From NCBI RefSeq assembly GCF_009557235.1, contig NZ_CP045650.1, forward strand, positions 1,410,001-1,442,000: DNA of 32,000 nucleotides. Reading direction: 5' to 3'. Positions 24,757 to 32,000 of the stretch are shown here, piece after piece; position 1 is the first letter of the stretch, and every line of letters starts with the position of its first letter. The notes under the pieces were generated by a model, which did no database searches, was not told the origin of the DNA, and was given only the letters and a program-made list of their open reading frames with translations. Position numbers and translations under genes: made by a program. The DNA is from Acinetobacter wanghuae (lineage in GTDB: Bacteria; Pseudomonadota; Gammaproteobacteria; Pseudomonadales; Moraxellaceae).

Positions 24757-25098
24757 CACACATATCTATATCATTGTTTTTTTATTTTTGGAGTGCGATT
24801 AAGATAGCAGCTCATGAATTTTTTTAAGTATGCTTTATATAACTTGTCTGTATCTAAATGTTCTAATTAAGTTATATTTATCAAAAACTTGTACAATTTA
24901 TAAGCAACCATCCTTAGAAATCGCCATACTGTGTTTATTCTTTCACCCATACTTTCTTATACGTCACTTTTACAGTATCGCCTATTTGGCATAGTGGATA
25001 TCCGTAAATATATTGATGACTGAACAGATATTCATTTTGAATTAAAGTACATTGAAAGATTGACCTCATCATCGCTGTCTAGCAAAGGTATTTTCCGC

Positions 25099-26925
25099 AT
25101 GTTTAAATGGTTTGAAAATCTGGTAGATCCCTATCCTACGCAAAACCTCAACCAACCATTACCTAAAACATTCTTTGCCTTTGTTTGGCAGGCAGCAACA
25201 GGTGTACGCCGTTATTTGCTGATTTTGGTGTTGTGTACCGCAGGTGCAGCAACGTTTGAGGCTTTGCTGTATGCGAAAATTGGTGATTTGGTCAATTGGC
25301 TCAGTAAAAGCCAACCTGAAACTTTTTTAGATCAACATGCTAGCAACTTAACCCTACTCGCCATCATCCTATTTGCGAATATCTTCTTCGCTAGCGCGCA
25401 ATCTATCGTAAAGCATCAGATTTTATACAGTAATTTCCCAATGCGTCTGCGTTGGAGATTTCATAATCTATTACTGAAGCAAAGTTTGGACTTTTTCCAT
25501 AATGATTTTGCAGGACGTTTATCGGCAAAAGTCATGCAAACCGCTTTGGCTGTGCGTGAGTTTTGGGTCATTCTGGGCGATATGTTGGCGTATGTGCTGA
25601 TTTACTTCGTCACAATTAATATTGTATTGGGTGCTATCTCACCTTATTTAATGCTGCCGCTGTTTATTTGGCTCATTTTATTCGTCAGTGCCGCGCTGTA
25701 TTTTATTCCAAAATTGAGCAAAATCTCTAATGCGCAAGCCGATGCACGTGCTGTGATGACGGGTCGTATTACTGACGCTTATACCAATATTCAAACGGTA
25801 AAATTATTTGCGCATGCGGGACGTGAAAGCCAATATGCCAAATTGTCTATGCAAGAATTTATGGTTACAGTCCATAAGCAAATGCGTTTAGGTGCACAAT
25901 ATGAAATCACAATTTTGTGTTTGAGTGTGGTGTTATATGGTGGCGTTCTCGGCACTGCCATTTGGCTATGGATGCAAGGACAAGCCCAGCTCGGTATTAT
26001 TGCAGCAACTACAGCAATGGTGCTAAAGCTCAACAGCATCGCTGAATTTATGATGTGGCAAACCTCTGCATTGTTTGAAAATGTCGGTACCATTCAAGAT
26101 GGTATGAAAACACTGGGACGTCCGATTAATATTCAAGATAAACCGGGTGCAGAAGATTTAAAACTCACTCATGGTGAAATTAAATTTGATCAAGTGAGCT
26201 TTGCTTATAACGATAAAAATGTTATTCAGAATTTTGACTTAACCATTCGACCGGGCGAAAAAATTGGGATTGTTGGACGCTCTGGTGCGGGTAAATCGAC
26301 CCTGATTCAACTCTTATTAAATTTCTACAGCTTAGGCAAAGGTCGTATTCTCATTGATGGGCAAAATATTGAAGATATAACCCAAGACAGTTTGCGAAAA
26401 AATATTGCCCTCGTCACACAAGATACGTCCTTATTGCATCGCAGCGTGGCAGAAAATATTAAATACGGTCGTCCTGATGCCTCAGATGAAGAAATGTATG
26501 AAGCTGTGCGTAAAGCCAAAGCTGAAGAATTTATTCCACATTTAACCGATTTACGCGGTAAAAAAGGTTATGAGGCTTATGTTGGTGAACGTGGCGTCAA
26601 ACTGTCTGGTGGACAACGCCAACGAATTGCCATTGCCCGTGTCTTCTTAAAAGATGCACCGATTTTAATTTTAGATGAAGCGACCAGTGCTTTAGACTCG
26701 GAAGTTGAAGCAGCCATTCAAAATAGTTTGGATGACTTAATGCAAAATAAAACCGTGATTGCCATTGCGCACCGACTGTCGACTATTGCGCAAATGGATC
26801 GTTTGATTGTGCTGGATCAAGGTCGCATTGTGGAACAAGGCACGCACGACGAATTGGTCGCATTAAATGGAATTTATGCGCAGCTTTGGCAACGCCAAAC
26901 TGGCGGATTTTTAATTGAATCATAG
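25099..26925 (+). CDS. ABC exporter, fused permease/ATPase (type I half-transporter)
   Basis: Start moved from TTG 25060 to ATG 25099 (MFKWFENLVDPYP). 6-TM N-terminal domain, Walker A GRSGAGKST, signature LSGGQRQR, Walker B ILILDEATS. Confidence 0.9.
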   Translation: MFKWFENLVDPYPTQNLNQPLPKTFFAFVWQAATGVRRYLLILVLCTAGAATFEALLYAKIGDLVNWLSKSQPETFLDQHASNLTLLAIILFANIFFASAQSIVKHQILYSNFPMRLRWRFHNLLLKQSLDFFHNDFAGRLSAKVMQTALAVREFWVILGDMLAYVLIYFVTINIVLGAISPYLMLPLFIWLILFVSAALYFIPKLSKISNAQADARAVMTGRITDAYTNIQTVKLFAHAGRESQYAKLSMQEFMVTVHKQMRLGAQYEITILCLSVVLYGGVLGTAIWLWMQGQAQLGIIAATTAMVLKLNSIAEFMMWQTSALFENVGTIQDGMKTLGRPINIQDKPGAEDLKLTHGEIKFDQVSFAYNDKNVIQNFDLTIRPGEKIGIVGRSGAGKSTLIQLLLNFYSLGKGRILIDGQNIEDITQDSLRKNIALVTQDTSLLHRSVAENIKYGRPDASDEEMYEAVRKAKAEEFIPHLTDLRGKKGYEAYVGERGVKLSGGQRQRIAIARVFLKDAPILILDEATSALDSEVEAAIQNSLDDLMQNKTVIAIAHRLSTIAQMDRLIVLDQGRIVEQGTHDELVALNGIYAQLWQRQTGGFLIES

Positions 26926-26945
26926 ATTAAACAAGGATGATGTGA

Positions 26946-27395
26946 ATGTTGTATTTGGAAGACTTGAACTTAAATGATGTATTTGAAAGTCGACGTTATG
27001 TGATGACTTTAGATGAAATTTTGGATTTTGCAGAACGCTATGATCCGCAAGTCTTCCATACCGATGCAGAAGCAGCTAAGCAACATCCGATTTTTCAAGG
27101 TTTAGCAGCAAGCGGTTGGCATACAGCAGCTGTGGTCATGCGTTTATGGACAGAATGTTTTCCAGTGGCTTATGGATTAATTGGTTCAGAGTCACATTTA
27201 CGTTGGCCTCGACCGACACGTGCCCATGATGAAATCCGAGTTCATGTGCATATTAGCGATATTCAGCCCTCTAAAAGAAAGCTTGATCGAGGAATTGTGA
27301 CCTATGAGACACAAGCTTTGAATCAAAAAGATGAGGTTTTATTGCAATCTTCGACTAAAATTCTTGTGTTTAAACGAGAATTTAGCGCAAATTAG
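26946..27395 (+). CDS. MaoC-like (hotdog-fold) dehydratase
   Basis: 149 aa with FAERYDPQVFHTD...GLAASGWHT, typical of MaoC dehydratase domains. aagga RBS. Lies 20 nt after the ABC gene. Confidence 0.85.
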   Translation: MLYLEDLNLNDVFESRRYVMTLDEILDFAERYDPQVFHTDAEAAKQHPIFQGLAASGWHTAAVVMRLWTECFPVAYGLIGSESHLRWPRPTRAHDEIRVHVHISDIQPSKRKLDRGIVTYETQALNQKDEVLLQSSTKILVFKREFSAN

Positions 27396-27545
27396 TTTGA
27401 TTTTCCTCTATGAATCAAGCTAATCTGCTTGAGTGACGCAGACAATCTAAAACGTATTGTCTGACAATTTTAACTCAAAAATAAACTGTTTCATGACAGT
27501 ATAAATTTATAAATAAAAAAATTGAGCACTTGCAACGGATCGCGC

Positions 27546-28574
27546 ATGAAAACAATTGTTCCTCGTCAAGACCAAGGTATTCCCGGTGTTTATGGTCTTT
27601 TACTTCTCGATGTTATTTCCCGCTGGGGCTATAACGATGAATCTTTATTTACACCGTTTGGTCTAAATAGCGAACAATTGGCTGACCCTGACTATCGTAT
27701 TCCAACCCCTGTTGCCAATGAGCTTGTTAAACATGCCTTGAAACTTACTGGTGAGCCAACGTTAGGCTATCACTTGGGTACGCAAATGCGGATCTCAATT
27801 CATGGCTTCATTGGCTATGCCATTATGACCGCAAAAGACATTACAGATGCTTTAGTACTTGCAAACCGTTTTGTACAGTTACGTATGCCATTTTTACAGC
27901 TGTTTTTTTCTACCTTTGGTGCGAAAGCCAGTGTTCAATTACAAACGGATGTTCTGCTTGAACCACTACGTACCGAGATTTCTATCGCCTTGATTATCGG
28001 GATGATCACAATGTCGAGCGCGATTACAGGGATTGAAAATGCCAGTGGTGACATTGATTTTGACTTTAAAAAGCCAGAAGGCTTTGATCGCTTTATGGCA
28101 AAACTGCCCTACCATCAATTTCGTTTTGAACAACCGCATTTGCTGCTGAGTTTCGATAAAAGCTATTTAATGAATAAATTGGTACATGCCGATCCAATTG
28201 CCAGTCAAATTGCTATTAATCAATGTGAAGCAGAACTTTCAGCACTGGGTGAACGTCATCGTATTGCCATGCGCGTGCGTGATATTTTGACCCATTCCGA
28301 GCAGCACTATTTAAGCATTGAAAATGTAGCCGAACGTTTGCATATGTCAGACCGCACCTTAAAACGCCAATTGGCTGCGGAAGGTACATCGTTTTCAACT
28401 TTAGTGGATGAAGTACGTTATCGCCATGCCACGTCATTACTCTCACGTACCGATTTCACCCTTGAACAAATTGCCGATGAACTCGGATACAGTGATGTGG
28501 CGAATTTTAGTCGTGCATTTAAACGTTGGAGCGGTCGTAGTCCAAGCAATTGGCGTAAAGATCCTTATTTATAA
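27546..28574 (+). CDS. AraC-family transcriptional regulator (N-terminal ligand/arabinose-binding-like domain)
   Basis: C-terminal double HTH (LEQIADELGYSDVANFSRAFKRWSGRSPSNWR). ATG 27546 preferred over TTG 27522. Confidence 0.88.
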   Translation: MKTIVPRQDQGIPGVYGLLLLDVISRWGYNDESLFTPFGLNSEQLADPDYRIPTPVANELVKHALKLTGEPTLGYHLGTQMRISIHGFIGYAIMTAKDITDALVLANRFVQLRMPFLQLFFSTFGAKASVQLQTDVLLEPLRTEISIALIIGMITMSSAITGIENASGDIDFDFKKPEGFDRFMAKLPYHQFRFEQPHLLLSFDKSYLMNKLVHADPIASQIAINQCEAELSALGERHRIAMRVRDILTHSEQHYLSIENVAERLHMSDRTLKRQLAAEGTSFSTLVDEVRYRHATSLLSRTDFTLEQIADELGYSDVANFSRAFKRWSGRSPSNWRKDPYL

Positions 28575-28656
28575 GCATGGATAAGCCTTTTGTTTTAGCG
28601 CAAAAGAAGGTATAAATCATCTCAAAAATAATCTTTAGTAATTTCGGGAGTTATCC

Positions 28657-29031
28657 ATGAATCATCCTTCAGAATTAAAGTACGCACGTACACATGAATG
28701 GGTACGTATCGAAGGTGATCTTGTTGTTACGGGTATTTCAGACCATGCACAGGATGCACTCGGTGATTTGGTTTATGTCGAAGCACCTGACTTAAACGCA
28801 CATATTACGGTGGGTGAACAAGCGGGTGTGGTCGAGTCTGTTAAAACAGCATCGGATATTCATGCACCCATTTCAGGCACTGTGGTTGAGATCAATCCAG
28901 ATTTAGAAGATGATCCTGATTTTATTAATGATGATCCGTATGGCAAAGGTTGGATTTATAAAATCAAACCTGACAATATTGCTGATGTTGAAGCACTGCT
29001 TTCCAATACAGATTATGAAGCGGGTCTCTAA
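28657..29031 (+). CDS. gcvH: Glycine cleavage system protein H
   Basis: 124 aa with lipoyl-lysine motif VESVKTASD and HEWV near the N-terminus. Confidence 0.95.
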   Translation: MNHPSELKYARTHEWVRIEGDLVVTGISDHAQDALGDLVYVEAPDLNAHITVGEQAGVVESVKTASDIHAPISGTVVEINPDLEDDPDFINDDPYGKGWIYKIKPDNIADVEALLSNTDYEAGL

Positions 29032-29046
29032 GAGATCATGTCAATG

Positions 29047-29071
29047 AACCAGTCTTTTGACTGGTTTTTTT
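29047..29071 (+). terminator. Rho-independent terminator of gcvH
   Basis: aaccagtc-tttt-gactggtt followed by ttttttt. Confidence 0.85.
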
Positions 29072-29258
29072 ATCGCTGAAATATGCTCAAATAGGGTAAA
29101 TTGTATAAAAATTGATTTTAAATCGATTTATTATTATACTTTTCAAATATTTTTCCGCTTTTAATTCTCTCGCAGCGTAAATAAATCTGTGGTCAAAACA
29201 ACAATGACATGCCGCATGATTTTATTTCTAGCGTATCACCTTACGTTTTAGGACTCCT

Positions 29259-30437
29259 ATGAACGCCTCATCAGCGCCGTTGTGGACAAAGTCATTTATA
29301 CTTTGTTTAGCCAATAACCTGTTTTTATTTATTTTTTATTTTGCACAAACCACGATTCTCCCTGTTTATATTTTAAATGATTTAGGTGGTACGCTCACTG
29401 AAGCTGGTCTTGCTATGACCTTGTTTATGGCGGCAGCGATTATCGTACGTCCATTTAGCGGTTTGATCATTGAAAAATTTGGTGTACGTAAAACTTTAAT
29501 TCTTTCCGAGACTTTTTTTAGTTTATTCTCGTTGGCTTATTTGCTTGCAGATAACCTTACGCTGTTACTGATTATTCGTTTTATACACGGCATTTGGTTC
29601 AGTATCTTATCAACCGTGGTCGTTCCCGTCGTGAATCAGTTTATTCCTGAAAAACGTAAAGGCGAAGGCATGGGTTATTTCGTCATGTCAATTAATTTAG
29701 GCATTGTCCTTGGTCCCTTCTTGGGTTTAAGTTTAATTCAGTATTTCAGTTATTTGAACATTACGGCTTTACTCGCTGCGATGGTGCTTTTTGGCTTTAT
29801 TTTTTGCTTCTTTATTCCCATTAAAGAGCCTTCAAAACCGAAGAAAGTACAGAGCTCTGGCTCTATTTTTCAACTCAGCCATTTTGTTGAGAAAAAGGCA
29901 GTGCCGATTGCTTTACTTGCCATGCTGATTTCATTTTCTTATGCCAGCATCATGTCATTTATTGCCCCTTTTGCTGCTTCAAAAAATCTGATGCCATATG
30001 CAGGACTCTTTTTCATCGTATTTGCTTTTTCTATGATGAGCTTAAGACCAATTACCGGCAAAATTTACGATCAAAAAGGTCCACAATATGTGATTTATCC
30101 AGCACTGATTGCCTTTAGTATTGGCTTGTTTATTTTAAGTCAAATTGAAACTTTGACAGGCTTCTTGATTGCAGCCGTGTTTATTGGTTTGGGCTTTGGT
30201 AGTGCACAGCCGTGTATTCAAACCCTTGCATTACAACGTGCACCCAAACATCGAATTGGACATGCTACATCGACTTTCTATACGCTATATGATTTGGGTA
30301 TTGCGATTGGTTCAACGGTGGTCGGGCTCATGATTGCAGCACAAAGTTATAGTTTTGCTTATATTTGCTGTGGCATTCTAAGTTTAATCAGTGTCTTCTA
30401 CTTTAAGTTCTTTGTGCAAGCACGTCCTGCGACCTAG
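29259..30437 (+). CDS. MFS transporter
   Basis: 392 aa, about 12 TM segments, with a loop 2-3 motif GLIIEKFGVRKT. Confidence 0.88.
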   Translation: MNASSAPLWTKSFILCLANNLFLFIFYFAQTTILPVYILNDLGGTLTEAGLAMTLFMAAAIIVRPFSGLIIEKFGVRKTLILSETFFSLFSLAYLLADNLTLLLIIRFIHGIWFSILSTVVVPVVNQFIPEKRKGEGMGYFVMSINLGIVLGPFLGLSLIQYFSYLNITALLAAMVLFGFIFCFFIPIKEPSKPKKVQSSGSIFQLSHFVEKKAVPIALLAMLISFSYASIMSFIAPFAASKNLMPYAGLFFIVFAFSMMSLRPITGKIYDQKGPQYVIYPALIAFSIGLFILSQIETLTGFLIAAVFIGLGFGSAQPCIQTLALQRAPKHRIGHATSTFYTLYDLGIAIGSTVVGLMIAAQSYSFAYICCGILSLISVFYFKFFVQARPAT

Positions 30438-30458
30438 TCTAAACCACCTTAAAATGAT

Positions 30459-30483
30459 AAAAGGGACGCGATGCGTCCCTTTT
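30459..30483. terminator. Bidirectional terminator between the MFS gene and pilU-like gene
   Basis: aaaagggacgc-gat-gcgtccctttt. Confidence 0.85.
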
Positions 30484-30485
30484 AT

Positions 30486-31679
30486 TTAAGCAGATTCTTG
30501 GTTTTCGTCTTCGTTTTCTTCTTTTTTAGGTTCTTCATACATCGTAAAGGCGGTCGCTGCTGCATCTTGCGAAGCATGCCTTCTTTGCCCTTTGAGTTTG
30601 ATCTGCAACCTTAATTCATTGGTCGAATCGGCATTGCGTAAGGCTTCTTCATAAGAAATTGCACCTTCGTTATATAAATCAAAGAGTGCCTGATCAAAGG
30701 TTTGCATGCCCAATTCACGTGACTTTGACATAATACCTTTTAGCTCATGGAATTCGCCTTTGAGAATTAAATCTGAAATAAGGGGGGTATTCAGCATAAT
30801 TTCAATAGCAGCACGACGCCCTTGGCCATCTTCTGTCCGAATTAAACGCTGTGAAATAATCGCTTTCATATTCGATGATAAATCCATCAATAATTGATTA
30901 CGGCGTTCCTCTGGGAAAAAGTTAATAATCCGATCAAGAGTTTGATTTGCATTATTTGAGTGTAGCGTTCCTAAACATAAATGGCCCGTTTCAGCAAAAG
31001 CAATTGCATGTTCCATGGTTTCAGTATCGCGAATCTCACCAATCAAGATCACGTCAGGTGCTTGACGTAAGGTGTTTTTCAGTGCGTTATGCCATGAATG
31101 ACAATCGACGCCCACTTCACGATGCGTAATCATCGACTTTTTGTGTTTATGTACGTATTCGACTGGATCTTCAACGGTAATAATATGTCCTGCTGAATTT
31201 TCATTACGGTAGTCGATCATGGCAGCCAGTGAGGTTGATTTACCTGAACCCGTGCCACCGACAACAAGTACTAACCCACGTTTTTCCATAATTACGGATT
31301 TAAGTGACTCTGGAAGTTTAAGTTTTTGAAAATTTGGAATTTCTGCAGTAATGGTTCGAATCACCATGCCTACATTCAACTGTTGTTGAAACACATTCAC
31401 GCGAAAACGCGATACACCGGGAACGGTAATCGCAAAATTACACTCAAGCTCTGTTTCGAATTCTTTACGTTGCCGTTCATTCATTAAACCATAGGCAAAT
31501 AGCTTGGTTTTCTCCGCGGTCAATGTCTGTTGCCCGAAAGGTTTCATCAAACCTTGATGCTTAATACTGGGTGGAAAATCAGCCGTGATAAACAGATCCG
31601 AACCGCCGTATTCAACCACTTTGGTTAGCATATGATGCATAAAGCGTTGTGCTTCTTCTAATAGTTCTGCTGTAAACAT
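30486..31679 (-). CDS. pilU: PilT/PilU-family type IV pilus retraction ATPase, PilU-like
   Basis: 397 aa. GGSDLFIT, Walker A GGTGSGKST, Walker B DVILIGEIRD, His box TGHLCLGTLHSNNA (PilU-type). Acidic C-terminal tail EEPKKEENEDENQESA. Confidence 0.88.
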   Translation of the reverse strand: MFTAELLEEAQRFMHHMLTKVVEYGGSDLFITADFPPSIKHQGLMKPFGQQTLTAEKTKLFAYGLMNERQRKEFETELECNFAITVPGVSRFRVNVFQQQLNVGMVIRTITAEIPNFQKLKLPESLKSVIMEKRGLVLVVGGTGSGKSTSLAAMIDYRNENSAGHIITVEDPVEYVHKHKKSMITHREVGVDCHSWHNALKNTLRQAPDVILIGEIRDTETMEHAIAFAETGHLCLGTLHSNNANQTLDRIINFFPEERRNQLLMDLSSNMKAIISQRLIRTEDGQGRRAAIEIMLNTPLISDLILKGEFHELKGIMSKSRELGMQTFDQALFDLYNEGAISYEEALRNADSTNELRLQIKLKGQRRHASQDAAATAFTMYEEPKKEENEDENQESA

Positions 31680-31879
31680 GATTTATCCTTTTCATCTGCA
31701 CATCCTAGACGCTCAAATACATGAGTAATCTATGGAAATATCTTATTTATTTCATTGTGCAGGGTTTTAGTAAAACAGACAAATAGAATTGATTTATAAA
31801 GAAAATAATTTATTTTAAATGTGAATTAGATCAAGTAATGAAGGCATTTATTGTTGTTTATCTTATTTTTTTATGGGCA

Positions 31880-31915
31880 CAAAAAGGCTTTCCTCAGCAT
31901 GTCCCCAAGGAAAGC
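31880..31915 (-). terminator. Rho-independent terminator for the gene entering from the right edge
   Basis: The minus-strand RNA is ggcuuuccu-(13-nt loop)-aggaaagcc followed by uuuuu. Confidence 0.7.
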
Positions 31916-31927
31916 CATTTTAACATG

Positions 31928-32000
31928 TTACGCACTACGTTTTAATGCTGTAACACGAAGTAAATCTGCGGTATCGAGCAGTAAAGTTTTAGTTTTTTCC
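31928..32000 (-). CDS. 3' end of an unidentified gene truncated by the window edge
   Basis: Open frame ...EKTKTLLLDTADLLRVTALKRSA* ends at the stop at 31928-31930, 12 nt before the terminator. Too short to identify. Confidence 0.35.
   Translation of the reverse strand, partial: EKTKTLLLDTADLLRVTALKRSA

Noticed and set aside
28575-28656. Glycine riboswitch upstream of gcvH
   Set aside because: The leader is only 82 nt, and I cannot find the conserved GGAGAG...CACCG-type cores. The region looks like a plain promoter and RBS (gggag before the ATG).

Overview
Chromosomal-looking window of roughly 40% G+C by eye. Gene content and style resemble a Moraxellaceae/Acinetobacter-type genome, but I could not verify that. 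I support 30 complete CDS and one 3' gene fragment. I see no rRNA, tRNA, CRISPR array, transposase or integrase. Content from left to right: (1) An EamA transporter and an AT-rich orphan ORF. (2) A complete urease cluster on the minus strand in the order ureE-F-G-D-A-B-[GNAT]-C. It has a near-consensus sigma54 promoter, and two insertions of a multi-hairpin REP-like repeat. (3) A zinc-ribbon/HExxH peptidase-like gene. (4) An acyl-CoA dehydrogenase, thiolase and CoA-transferase operon facing a TetR gene across 564 bp of AT-rich DNA. (5) A copA(3xHMA)-cueR-copZ copper operon with a textbook CueR operator-promoter. (6) cysK facing a BigR/YgaV-like ArsR regulator and a SulP transporter, with tandem 22-nt repeats between the last two. 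(7) sstT, a DUF1275 gene and a DUF2058 gene. (8) An ABC exporter plus a MaoC dehydratase. (9) An AraC regulator, a solitary gcvH, an MFS transporter and a solitary pilU-like ATPase. The ORF track uses TTG/GTG as well as ATG starts, so I moved several starts to internal ATGs with better context. I do not see a convincing multi-gene system of unknown function. The best candidates for something undescribed are the GNAT gene translationally embedded between ureB and ureC in a permuted urease cluster, the pyrimidine/purine-armed hairpin repeat family, and the AT-rich ORF with a PD-(D/E)xK-like motif and a possible frameshifted N-terminus. All family assignments come from reading motifs in the translations. 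No database search was run.
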